Assembly: GCA_964016885.1 (NCBI GenBank)
Contig: OZ024749.1
Coordinates: forward strand, 42,532,001 to 42,596,000
Direction: 5' to 3'
DNA length: 64,000 bases
Source of the DNA: Eledone cirrhosa
Lineage: Eukaryota
A program made the position numbers and the translations under genes. Position 1 is the stretch's first letter, and each line of letters begins with the position of its first letter. Below are positions 50,118 to 64,000 of this stretch, in pieces. Below the pieces are notes generated by a model. The model had not been told where the DNA came from, ran no database searches, and worked only from the letters and a program-made list of their open reading frames with translations.

Positions 50118-50454
50118 GTATTATGCTGCCTCACATAATCCATCTCGGTGCACGTGACTCATAAAACATTCCTGAAACGCTGCATATTTTCTTGTTTTTT
50201 TTTTCGTTTTTTTTTCTTTTTCTTCTCATTCGCGTTTTGCCAGTTCCCCAGTTCTCCTCTACTCTCGCTCAATCTCGTTACCGCTCACCAAGTTACATAC
50301 TGTGATGATGCCAGTGTGAAACTGTCGCAACACGTAGCTCACGTGGAAATGACGTCACTGTCATGGCCGATAGTTTTGATAAAGTGTTTTATAATGGAGG
50401 ATGAGGTGGCGGCGAAGGTAAAGAAGAAGGAAACAAAAGATGAAATGAGAAATA

Positions 50455-50965
50455 AAGAGATAGAGAAAGTGATAGATAGAGACAGAGATAGTTAGCTAGC
50501 TAGATAGAGGGATAGAGAGATAGAGAGAGAGAGAGAGGGATAGAGAGATAGAGAGATAGAGAGATAGAGAGAGGGATAGAGAGAGTGACAATTAACTAGA
50601 TAGATACATAGATAGATAGAGAAATAGAGAGATAGAGAGAGGGATAGAAAGAGGGATAGAGAGAGTGACAATTAACTAGATAGATAGATACATAGAGAGA
50701 TAGATAGATATAGAGATAGATAGATAGATAGATAGAGGGATAGAGAGAGTGACAATTAACTAGATAGATAGATACATAGAGAGATAGAGAGATATAGAGA
50801 TAGAGAGATAGAGAGATAGATATATAGAGAGAGTGACAATTAACTAGATAGATAGATACATAGAGAGATAGATAGATATAGAGATAGAGAGATAGAGAGA
50901 TAGATATATAGAGAGAGTGACAATTAACTAGATAGATAGATACATAGAGAGATAGATAGATATAG

Positions 50966-51010
<45 letters not shown>

Positions 51011-51062
51011 TAGTTAACTAGATAGATAGATACATAGAGAGATAGAGAGATAGATAGAGATA
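50455..51062. repeat. (AGAT/AG)n minisatellite with GTGACAATTAACTAG spacer
   Basis: The spacer occurs five times. Confidence 0.9.
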
Positions 51063-51112
51063 AACGTGGGGTTTAGGAAGATAATATCGACACGGAAGCA
51101 AGAAGCTAAGGA

Positions 51113-51148
<36 letters not shown>

Positions 51149-52085
51149 AGAACACATATACACCCCCCCTCCTAAGAACAAACAAAAGAAAACATAAAAC
51201 AAAAGCAAAAAACAAAAAATGTTCAGTGAGGTGTGAATAAAGGAGACGGATACTGTCATGAGAAATCATGTGGAAAAATGAAAAAAAAAATCGGCGAAAG
51301 TTACACACTGTTACTTGTTCTCCACCCCCTCTCTCTCTCTACCATTTACCACACCTAATACTCACCTTATTCCCACCACCACCACCAACACCACTGCCAT
51401 TACTACCACCACCACCACCACTACTACCACGACGACGACCACCACCAACACCATCACTGCTACCACCATCACCATCTCCTCTACAATTACCATCACCACC
51501 ACCTCCACTGCTAACACGTCCAGAATTACCACCACCACCACCACCACCAATGCTACTACCACCACCACCACCACCACAAATACCACCATCACTACTTCTA
51601 CCTTCACTACCACCGCCATACCACCACCACCACCACCACCACCACCACCACTACCACTACCACGTCTCCACGATATAAAAATATGAAAAACAAACAAAAA
51701 ACAACAAATTCAAAACAAACACACAAATAAATAAATAAATAAACGAAAAAAAACCCCCATATATAAAACACATATATAAAATATATGATAAAATAACAAA
51801 AGCGGAATGGCGGAATGGCGGAACGGCGGAATATAAATTTCTTGTAAGAATGAAGGTAACGGTGTTAGTAATAAAAGGAGAGAGAAGAATGTTGGAATAC
51901 GAATGTAGAGCATTATAGAGAGAAATAATTGGTGTGGTTGTATGTGGTGGAATATAAGAAATATTTAGGAAGGAGAGAGGAAGGAGAGGGGGGGGGGAGA
52001 GGGAGGAGAAGGAGAGAGGAAGGGGAGGGTGTTGAAGGAGAGAGAGAGGGAGGAGAGGGAGTTGAGAGGGAGAGTAAGAAGTGGA

Positions 52086-52126
<41 letters not shown>

Positions 52127-52539
52127 GAAGGATCGAGAGAGGCAGGAGAGAGATGAAGGATCGAGAGAGGAAGGAGAGAGATGAAGGATCGAGAGAGGAA
52201 GGAGAGAGATGAAGGATCGAGAGAAGGAGGAAGAGAGGAAGGGGCAACAAAGGAAGAAGTGAGAGAGAGAGAGAGAGAGGAAAGAGTGAGATAGGAAGGA
52301 AGAAGAGATGAAGGAGCAAAAGATAAAGGAGCGACAGAGGAAGTGTGTGAGGACATATTGGAGCCGATTGAAAAGTTCATTGGCTGACCAAGATACACTC
52401 ATGGAATGACCAAATGAGATTTATTTTTAAAACATAGTCTCTGGAAAGAAACAATGCAGTTATCAATAAGAAGAGTTGAAACTAATGCTTGCAAGATTTC
52501 ACAGCTTTAGCATCACTTCTTCATAGTCAGAAAGTGAGG

Positions 52540-53325
52540 TAGAGTTCAAGTACTGCCGAGGTCAACTTTTCCTTTTATCTGTTCGAGCTCGATAAAATAA
52601 AGTACCAGTAATACACTGGCTCGATTTAATCGACTTTCCCCTCCCCACCAAACAACTAACCTTGTGCCCATACTAGAAATCATTATTATTATTATGTGAT
52701 GAGTTCAAATCCCGCCGAGGTTGACTTTGCCTTTCATCCTTACGGAGTCGATAAAATAAAGTACCAGTAATGTACTGGGTGATTGCTGGCCTTGTGCCTA
52801 AAGTAGAAACAATTATTTATTGACTTTAAGGGCGGTGGATTGGCAGTATCGGTAGAGGGTCGGACGCCATGATTTCCAGCATAGTTACGTCCCTTTACGA
52901 TCCGAGTTCAAATCCCGTAATTGCTGGCCTTGTGCCAAACGTAGAAACAATTATTATTATTATGTGAATTGGCAGTATCGGTAGAGGGTCGGACGCCATG
53001 CTTTGACGCATAGAGTTACGGCCCTTTATGATCTGAGTTCAAATCCCGCCGAGATTAACTTTGCCTTTCATCCTTAAGGGGTCGACCAAATAAAGTACCA
53101 GCCATGCACTGGGGTCGATTTAATCGACTTTCCCCTCCCCCAAAATTGCTGGCCTTGTGCCTATATAAGAAACCATTATTATAAGGGCGGTGGATTGGCA
53201 GTATCGGTAGAGGGCCGGACACCATGCTTTGCAGCATAGAGTTATGGCCCTGGGGTCGATTTAATCAACTTCCCCTCCCCCCAAATTGCTGGCCTTGTGC
53301 CTATAGTAAAAATCATTATTATAAC
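52540..53325 (+). mobile_element. head-to-tail cluster of about five or six SINE S1 copies and fragments
   Basis: Repeated GGCAGTATCGGTAGAGGG heads and GGCCTTGTGCC...AGAAAC tails. Confidence 0.9.
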
Positions 53326-53449
53326 TATTAGTATTATTAAAGTCTATCTTGGTAGTGTAGAAATATGATTTATGCCCAGCTGTCGAAATGTGTAAAAAGG
53401 TTTAATAAATCAGTCGCCATATAGTTTACACACACACACATATGTATAT

Positions 53450-54662
53450 ATATATATACATATATACACATTTACACACACATATAGCCATAAACGCACA
53501 TGTACACACACCTACACACACACATATATATATATGTACATATATACACATTTACACACACATATAGCCATAAACGCACATGTACACACACCTACACACA
53601 TATATATATATGTACATATATACACATTTACACACACATATAGCCATAAACGCACATGTACACACACCTACACACATATATATATACACATATATACACA
53701 TTTACACACACATATAGCCATAAACGCACATGTACACACACCTACACACATATATATATATACACATATATACACATTTACACACCCATATAGCCATAAA
53801 CGCACATGTACACACACCTACACACATATATATATATACACATATATACACATTTACACACACATATAGCCATAAACTCACATGTACACACACCTACACA
53901 CATATATATATATACACATATATACACATTTACACACACATATAGCCATAAACGCACATGTACACACACCTACACACATATATATATGTACATATATACA
54001 CATTTACACACACATATAGCCATAAACGCACATGTACACACACCTACACACATATATATATATACACATATATACACATTTACACACCCATATAGCCATA
54101 AACGCACATGTACACACACCTACACACATATATATATATACACATATATACACATTTACACACACATATAGCCATAAACGCACATGTACACACACCTACA
54201 CACACACATATATATATATGTACATATATACACATTTACACACACATATAGCCATAAACGCACATGTACACACACCTACACACATATATATATACACATA
54301 TATACACATTTACACACACATATAGCCATAAACGCACATGTACACACACCTACACACATATATATATATACACATATATACACATTTACACACCCATATA
54401 GCCATAAACGCACATGTACACACACCTACACACACACATATATATATATACACATATATACACATTTACACACACATATAGCCATAAACGCACATGTACA
54501 CACACCTACACACACATATATATATACATATATACACATTTACACACCCATATAGCCATAAACGCACATGTACACACACCTACACACACATATATATGTA
54601 CATATATACACATTTACACACCCATATAGCCATAAACGCACATGTACACACACCTACACACA
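53450..54662. repeat. ~76-bp tandem repeat, about 16 copies
   Basis: Unit contains ACATTTACACACACATATAGCCATAAACGCACATGTACACACACCTAC. Confidence 0.95.
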
Positions 54663-54690
54663 TACGTGTCTGTTTGTGTATATGTATATG

Positions 54691-54731
<41 letters not shown>

Positions 54732-54793
54732 GTCAGGCCTTTACATTGGGTTGAAGATGTCGAAGGTGAGGACTTGTGACTCTCAGCTCTCAT

Positions 54794-54873
<80 letters not shown>

Positions 54874-54930
54874 TATATAAAAAGGGAGATGTGTATATAT
54901 ATATATATAAATAGGGATATATATATATAT

Positions 54931-54966
<36 letters not shown>

Positions 54967-55001
54967 GGATATCAGCAGTATTTTTCTCCCCATTTTATCA
55001 C

Positions 55002-55033
<32 letters not shown>

Positions 55034-55077
55034 TTCCGTGCTTATATGTCTATATACATATATGTATACTCACATCG

Positions 55078-55133
<56 letters not shown>

Positions 55134-55699
55134 GTATACATATATATATATATATATATATAAACACAGAAATTTACCGTTCTATATATATTATTTATGT
55201 AAGAATCTGGTTGATATGCAATGAATTAAAGATTGGTCGAGATAGTCATGATACATACCATTCACAGATGAGAAGGAAATGGTTGAAATTTAACGATTCC
55301 ATCAACTCACCATCGATCAGTCATCAGATTTCCATATTTTTCTTTTATTGTCTTACATGCTCTCATCCTTGAAGTCTAATGTAAAAAAATATCCTGCCAC
55401 TTCACAAACTGTAACCTACTACCAGTTAACAGCTCAGAATTTATTTTAACTTTTGATACTTCCTACTAAATATTTCTTGCCGTTTGCCATTTTGCTTTTG
55501 TTCTTTTCCTCACATAAATCTATATAACTATGTGAAATGACTAACTTTTGAGTTTTAAGGTAGTGAATTGGCAGAGTTGTTATAGCGTTGAGTTTACATA
55601 CCTCGGTATTTGTTCTAGAGCTCCGGAGCTCGGTGTACCGGAGCTCGGTGTTCCGGAGCTCAAATATCACCGATGTCGTCTTTGTCTGTCATTCTATCT

Positions 55700-55975
55700 A
55701 AAGTTTGCCGGCCTCCCACGAATATCTGTCGTTGTATGTAAAAGGAGAGTAAGATTTGCTGGTCACTGCTATCGTGCCATCTACGAGGCAGTGTCCTCAT
55801 TAGTGCTTTGGAAACCGCAAGCAGTCACTAATAACAGAGGGCGCAAGCTCTCCTACCCCGATGTCATCTCCAGAGATTGTGGTATTAAAATCCAGGACTT
55901 GGCAACGGCAATGAACGACAGACCCACGTGGAGATCAATTGTTGAGTCCATTTCGGCTGAGGCCGCCGGATGATC

Positions 55976-56007
<32 letters not shown>
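55700..56007 (+). mobile_element. RTE LINE 3' end with (GAT)n tail
   Basis: LPRISVVVCKRRVRFAGHCYR...VLWKP...RGRKLSYPDVISRD...NDRPTWRSIV, then a stop and (GAT)n. Confidence 0.9.
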
Positions 56008-56375
56008 CTAAAGTCTGTCACGAGCCCAAATGATCATCAGGCTGGTGCTTATCCCAGTTTCCGTGGCGCTAAGCGACTGAGAGTACATGACCTTTAATAG
56101 GTTTGGGAATTTTGGCTTTTTATCTCATTGCTAAACGCAACATTTAAAAAAAAAATCACAAACCAAAAAACCCCTAAACAACAAAAAAAAAAATCCCAAA
56201 GAAACAAACAAACATACAAAAAACCAACAAAAAGCCAAGAGAAAAACATAGAACAAGTATGGTGTAGAAGATGGAAGTGACTTTTATATGAAACACTGAT
56301 ATCATATCATTAATCTGGGAATTTTTACAAACTTTATCAATTTTACTAAATTTATCAATTTGGTTGTAGATAACA

Positions 56376-56471
<96 letters not shown>

Positions 56472-56595
56472 GTACATATATATATATATATATACACACA
56501 CAGATATATATATACATATATGCATATATATATATATATACACACACACAGATATATATATATATACATATATATATATATGTACACACACACAG

Positions 56596-56629
<34 letters not shown>

Positions 56630-56730
56630 TTAATTGTAACACACAATAAACTGAGTATAGATGCATCACTGATTTTTCGTTTTATATTATATATATATAT
56701 ACACACACACACACATATATATATATACAT

Positions 56731-56765
<35 letters not shown>

Positions 56766-56768
56766 CAT

Positions 56769-56807
<39 letters not shown>

Positions 56808-56930
56808 CTCATACACACACACACACATATATATACACATACACACACACACATATATATATATACTCACACACACACACACACATATATATACACATAC
56901 ACACACACACATATATATATATATACACAT

Positions 56931-56978
<48 letters not shown>

Positions 56979-57404
56979 GGAAATTTAGTAAAATCGAATC
57001 TCTGGCGGTTTGCAAGCAAATTCGGCCTACTTATATGAAATGATGAGTTAGCAAAGCACTCGACAAGGTAGGTCCTTAGAGTAATAACATACGTTTAAAT
57101 AGCTTGACAAATCGAACATTGTGATAGGCAAAATCTAACACACAATAATATACCAAAGTAACGATAGAACTAACAGGTTGAGAAAAATACACCTGGACGA
57201 ATCAAACGATTAAACGTTTAAAGTGTTTCTTTGAATCCGAAATCAAATATCAGACTTACGTGACTGGCAAGCTGGTGGTATTCATGATCGAACAGAGGAT
57301 TCAGTTTTTCAACAGGTTTTCGTTCTATCCGGAACAGGGATGATAGGCTAAATGTTGCAGCTAGATGCAGCGTATCGTATCTATAGCCGTCACGTGTTAA
57401 TTCC

Positions 57405-57481
<77 letters not shown>

Positions 57482-57490
57482 TATAGACAA

Positions 57491-57530
<40 letters not shown>

Positions 57531-57927
57531 ATAATAAAAAAACAACTACAACAAAAGCCGCAATAGTATTACAATAGCGGTATGTTAGAAGCGAATCATT
57601 AATGCGTGTGTTCTATGTATGAGTCGATGCATCAACGTGGGGAGTTGCATATTGTGTGTAGCTGTGTATTGTATCGTGTGCAACCTAATCAATAACTGAC
57701 ATAGATTGATTGAATACTGGTGTAATAACTTCTTTCGTTTGGCACACTTTAAGAAAGCTTTTAGAATCTGCAAAGCAAGCAAGTTTTCATCAAATTATTA
57801 TTTCTCAGTGAGATATATTTTAGATAACATTAAAAATGAAGCTAGGGCTTGGTCTTCAATTAGAATATATATATATATTTTTTGCATTTCAGTGTATGTA
57901 TGTATGTGTATATATATATGTATATAT

Positions 57928-57966
57928 AATGTGTATGTGAACAAATAATTCTTACTGACTTCTCCC

Positions 57967-58016
<50 letters not shown>

Positions 58017-58147
58017 ATGTATATATATATATGTTTGTATATATATGTATATATATATATATATATATACGTACACACACACATATATATACATACACAT
58101 AAATGGGAGAAGTCAGTAAGAATTATTTGTACATAGTTCACATACAC

Positions 58148-58150
<3 letters not shown>
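57928..58150. repeat. inverted repeat (~45-bp arms) around a microsatellite spacer
   Basis: AAATAATTCTTACTGACTTCTCCCATTTAT pairs with ATAAATGGGAGAAGTCAGTAAGAATTATTT. Confidence 0.85.
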
Positions 58151-58204
<54 letters not shown>

Positions 58205-58223
58205 ATATATATATGTGTATATA

Positions 58224-58321
<98 letters not shown>

Positions 58322-58349
58322 TGTATATGTATATATATATGTATATGTT

Positions 58350-58380
<31 letters not shown>

Positions 58381-58387
58381 GTATATA

Positions 58388-58461
<74 letters not shown>

Positions 58462-58467
58462 CATGTG

Positions 58468-58507
<40 letters not shown>

Positions 58508-58513
58508 TATAAA

Positions 58514-58568
<55 letters not shown>

Positions 58569-58583
58569 ATATATATATATGTA

Positions 58584-58622
<39 letters not shown>

Positions 58623-58879
58623 CATATATATTCATATATTTATATACACACACATATCTACATCCATATCTATCTATATGTCTCTATATATACACGGTGA
58701 ACGGTACGTTAATGCAATGTATCGAAATTGCAAGAAAACGACGTTGATTAGAATCAATTAATTATTTAATACAATGGCAATTATGAACAACATCCTATCT
58801 GTCGTTATAATTTCTTCATCGATCTCTGTAATTCTTCACGTTACATAATACACATATAGACAATACACATATAAATAGT

Positions 58880-58880
58880 A

Positions 58881-58913
<33 letters not shown>

Positions 58914-59344
58914 CGAGCGGGTAAAATTCCCGAGATCCATGGACGAGTTCTCTCCAGCGGTCTCTGTCCCTCATTGTCGCTGCCATGTCCTGCGTCTCCA
59001 ACAGACCAGTGTCTGGCCTTAGAGTATCAACATACGTTAACCTTGATCTTCCTCTTCCAGTGTGTCCATGTAGGGTCTCCCACAGGAGCACTGAGTGCAA
59101 TGTCAACTCTGGATGTTGGTGAGCATGTCCAGCTAATCTCAATCTCCTCTGTGTCAATTTTGAGCTGACTTTTGGGAGGGTCCCATACAGCTCTGAGTTT
59201 CTCATCCTCAGTGCATACTGATTAATGTCCAGAGCCATCCTCAGCATTCTCGTGTAGCACCCATCCACCATCTGAGTGAGTTTCTTGGTCAGTGTCCAAG
59301 TCTCAGACCCATACAGCAGCACAGACTCCACTACAGCAATGAAG
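58880..59344 (-). mobile_element. RTE LINE 3' fragment with (ATAG)n tail
   Basis: ORF 58900-59331: ESVLLYGSETWTLTK...YTRMLRMAL...RRLRLAGH...GRGRSRLTYVD...DRDRWR. Confidence 0.92.
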
Positions 59345-59384
<40 letters not shown>

Positions 59385-59447
59385 TACCTTTTTCCGTCTT
59401 TCTCGCCGAATTTCTTTCTCTGTCTCTATCTATCTATCCATATATAT

Positions 59448-59664
59448 AACGAAGGAAATGTGGTAAGGAACCAGATGGACCATAACGCACCAGAGTACTC
59501 AATACTTAGGGTAGTAGAGTGGGTAATAGGAAAAGGTATGACCCCGACGGCAGAGCTCAAGCCGTTTCGACGTCTATTTCTGGACGACGGCTATTTCGGT
59601 CCAGAACTAGCCTTCGAAACGGCTTGAGCTCTGCCGTCGGGGTCATACATTTTCCAATTATCCA
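59448..59664 (-). mobile_element. family B element with ~64-bp-arm fold-back
   Basis: Same terminus as the other B copies. Inverted repeat 59520-59664. The + arm shows GACGA-CGGCTA...TAGCC-TTC-GAAAC-GGC...GCC-GTC. Confidence 0.8.
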
Positions 59665-59955
59665 TATATATATATATATATAAATATATATACATATATA
59701 AATATATATATAAATATATATATATAAATATATATATAAATATAAATATATATATAAATATATATATAAATATATATATAAATATATATATAAATATATA
59801 TATATATATACATATATATACATATTTATATCAATATATATACATATATATACATATTTATATCAATATATTTACATATATATACATATTTATATCAATA
59901 TATATACATATTTATATCAATATATATACACATATATATATATCAATATATATAT

Positions 59956-60016
<61 letters not shown>

Positions 60017-60180
60017 TTTATGTGTGCGTATGTGTGTGTATATTGATTTGAATCACACACACGCACAGATAACACACAAGTATATATGTAAAAAATGTCT
60101 ATCGATTTGAGACAGTAAAATAATCCAGCCCAAGAGTCGAATCTGTTTGACTGAGAATAAATCATATATATATATATACA

Positions 60181-60212
<32 letters not shown>

Positions 60213-60308
60213 CATATATATACATGCATACACACATACATATACATACATACATACATACATACATACATACATACATACATACATACATACATACATA
60301 CATACATA

Positions 60309-60619
60309 CATCGTGACTGCCAACTCGTCCTCGAGTACGGCCACTACTTTATATCCATGCAGGAGAACCCCCACCGATGCGCTGAACGAGTGTGACCCTC
60401 CAGTCCAGCCAGCGACTTGAAAACTCTGGTACAAACACTACACTAGTGACAATCACTGACACACAGTGTAGGGCCCATGGCACCACGTGACGACAAGCGC
60501 AGAGAGACCCCCAGATATAAAGCAATGCCTGTGCCGTGAAGCTTTTATAGTGAGCAAAGGCACTGCACAAAGCCAGTCCCACTCTCTTAACCAAGATGAT
60601 ATTTACCAAAAAGAAGAAC
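60309..60619 (-). mobile_element. family R element, 5'-truncated
   Basis: Matches the 6254 and 12876 copies. (ATAC)n flanks. Confidence 0.85.
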
Positions 60620-60806
60620 ATACATACATACATAGATACATACATACATTATATATATATACATATATATATATATGCGAAAGTTTTATTTAAAATTGTT
60701 GGGTTACAACAAGTAAATATTTTATAACTGATATAAAGCACTCGACAAGTTTTGGAGTAGATATACGATATTAAACAAATGGAAACTATATTTATAAAAC
60801 CATATT

Positions 60807-60872
60807 TATTTCATTATACATATTTCGGGGATACCATATTAAAAATATGGCATGCCTTCTTCAGATAAAATA
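60807..60872 (-). ncRNA. type I hammerhead ribozyme (inverted copy)
   Basis: Reverse complement TATTTTAT-CTGAAGA-AGG...CCCC-GAAA-TATGT-ATA-ATGAAATA. Confidence 0.65.
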
Positions 60873-61020
60873 CAATATATAAACAGTTTTATAAATAATT
60901 TTGACGTACCATAAATATTGAGCAACCGTGATGCATCTCACTACCAAAACGGCTTCCTACATAACGGTTGCTCAATATTTATGGTACGTCAAAATTATTT
61001 ATAAAACTGTTTATATATTG

Positions 61021-61086
61021 TATTTTATCTGAAGAAGGCATGCCATATTTTTAATATGGTATCCCTGAAATATGTATAATGAAATA
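61021..61086 (+). ncRNA. type I hammerhead ribozyme
   Basis: Stem I TATTTTAT/ATGAAATA, core CTGAAGA (61029), long stem II AGG..GCCATATT/AATATGGT..CCT, GAAA (61067), minimal stem III and ATA triplet (61076-61078). Confidence 0.7.
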
Positions 61087-61126
61087 AATATGGTTTTATA
61101 AATATAGTTTCCATTTGTTTAATATC

Positions 61127-61228
<102 letters not shown>

Positions 61229-61558
61229 ACGCGTATGTGTGTGTGTGTGTATCAACCATTCCGTCATGCTGCAGATAAGACCTCACTTTAAGTACTAATG
61301 AGTATGCTCGTGAAACCGACTTCCAGTGTATCCATAACATTTGTTATGAAAACAATCTGTATACGAAAAAAAGAACAACCTAACCTATAAGCACAATATT
61401 CCTAATAAGACGTCCATTATGTTCTGTATAATATAATATCACTAATGTTATATCGTGTTGATAGTTTTTACACCAATATATTGTGTTCAGAAAGTGAGAG
61501 ACTTTTTCAACAGGCACACACAACAGCTCATACACTGGTTTTTGTATATGTGTATCAA

Positions 61559-61615
<57 letters not shown>

Positions 61616-61649
61616 AAAATCTCCACTGTATTCTTATCATATGTATGTA

Positions 61650-61695
<46 letters not shown>

Positions 61696-61737
61696 GTAAT
61701 AATAAATGTGAAGACTAAAATCCGAAGAGGGCTCGAC

Positions 61738-61785
<48 letters not shown>

Positions 61786-61854
61786 GTATGTAAAATCCCC
61801 GGCATGTCTTTGTATTGTCCCCTTTCTTGTTGCGCCCTTGTGGCTAATAAAGAA

Positions 61855-61900
<46 letters not shown>

Positions 61901-62066
61901 GCATTGACACACATGTACAAACACCTGTATAATATGAGTTGTTGTATATATATATATATATATATATATACGTACGCAAAGGTGTGTAGATACATTCAAA
62001 TATATGGTCAAATATATTGAGATACATGTCTACATAAACACGCGCTCCCACATACATACATATATA

Positions 62067-62135
<69 letters not shown>

Positions 62136-62550
62136 TAAAGGCAGCTTTAACAATACAGATAAGGATAAAAATGTAGATGTGTAAACAAGCTAACGTTCCA
62201 TTAGATATTGCCATGTACACACATACACATATATTATACACACACACACACGCACACACGCACACATACACACACACACATATATTATATATATATATAT
62301 ATTATATATATATACACACACACATTATATATACATACACATACATATATATATACACAAACACATACATATATATATATATATAAATACACATACATAC
62401 ATATATATATGCACACATACATATAGACATATACACACACACACACACACGCATATATATATATATATTTATGTAATATATATACACATACACTCACACA
62501 GATATATATGTATATATATACAACATATATACATACACATATTCATATAT

Positions 62551-62885
62551 ACATGCCATATACACATATAGTAGATACATACGAACAAACAAACGTCTAT
62601 CTTATTCATATATCCATTCTACGCATCTACACATGCCATATACACATATAGTAGATACATACGAACAAACAAACGTCTATCTTATTCATATATCCATTCT
62701 ACGCATCTACACATGCCATATACACATATAGTAGATACATACGAACAAACAAACGTCTATCTTATTCATATATCCATTCTACGCATCTACACATGCCATA
62801 TACACATATAGTAGATACATACGAACAAACAAACGTCTATCTTATTCATATATCCATTCTACGCATCTACACATGCCATATACAC
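62551..62885. repeat. 80-bp tandem repeat, 4 identical copies plus a partial
   Basis: ACATGCCATA at 62551, 62631, 62711, 62791 and 62871. Confidence 0.97.
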
Positions 62886-63149
62886 ACAGCCGTATAGCTT
62901 GGAGTAATTGAGCCATTGGTTTTTAAGTTGTCTTATTACAGGTCTAATGAGGTGTAAGGTTGAGAGATAATGAGGTATTGAAACGTATGGACTCTGAAGA
63001 CACTAAGTGATTCTCATATTTGATAAGCAGACGATCGCCAGACGCACAAGGAAGAAGCAATGTGGCGTGTACAGTAGATTCAACAATACGGTTTGATTAG
63101 AAGATTTCTTTTTTTTTTGTGTGTGTATATGTGTGTACAGAAGAGAGGA

Positions 63150-63672
<523 letters not shown>

Positions 63673-64000
63673 CGTATGTTCAAATGTCTATATTAAGTGA
63701 TGGTTAAATTCCAACTATTTCTTGGACATGACGTTTCCGATGCTGTCCAATCTTCACACATGTGTGGTGACTGATAAAAGCTTATCATTCAACTCATCTT
63801 CTTTAAACACCTACGTCATATTTCTTCCGCGTGGTCTTACGTTTCTGCTTGACTGAACCTTCAGTCTTTTTACTTTCTTAACAGAATGCTGTTTACCATT
63901 CTGTCTAACCGGTCGCTCTCCGACAGGTTCGCGGTCGTGCCCTTGGCAGTAGAGACTTCTGGTGTCCTTGGCCCTAGGGCTACCTCCCTATTCACCACCA

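Noticed and set aside
49553-50143. Poly-Asp 196-aa ORF
   Set aside because: (GAT)n microsatellite reading into an antisense SINE.
55615-55662. CCGGAGCTCGGTGT repeated about three times, suggesting synthetic polylinker
   Set aside because: Short local tandem duplication with no other vector sequence.
61290-61330. CTAATGAG...GAAAC as a hammerhead
   Set aside because: Core G5 is mutated, extra bases precede GAAA, and there is no stem III.

Overview
Eukaryotic, AT-rich, repeat-dominated non-coding DNA with a 200-N scaffold gap at 44985-45184. The SINE families and microsatellite load suggest a cephalopod, probably Octopus (inference from family resemblance). No host protein-coding gene is supportable; nearly all ORFs in the track are translations of (TA)n, (CA)n, (CAC)n or (CAA)n repeats. 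The window contains many tRNA-derived SINEs (several with target-site duplications), an RTE-related non-autonomous family sitting in (ATAC)n tracts, decayed RTE and R4/Dong-like LINE fragments, a probable hAT transposase remnant internally amplified as a 107-bp tandem array, and several minisatellites. The most notable signal is a set of five dissimilar short elements next to (TA)n tracts that carry whole or partial hammerhead-ribozyme (HHR) motifs of the Penelope-like-element (PLE) type. Four of the five families occur as fold-back inverted repeats, and in two families the turn falls inside the ribozyme. One family has a U3-A8 swap of the catalytic C3-G8 pair. HHRs in PLEs are already known; the recurrent fold-back geometry and the variant core are the parts worth checking. 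All calls were made by eye, without database searches.
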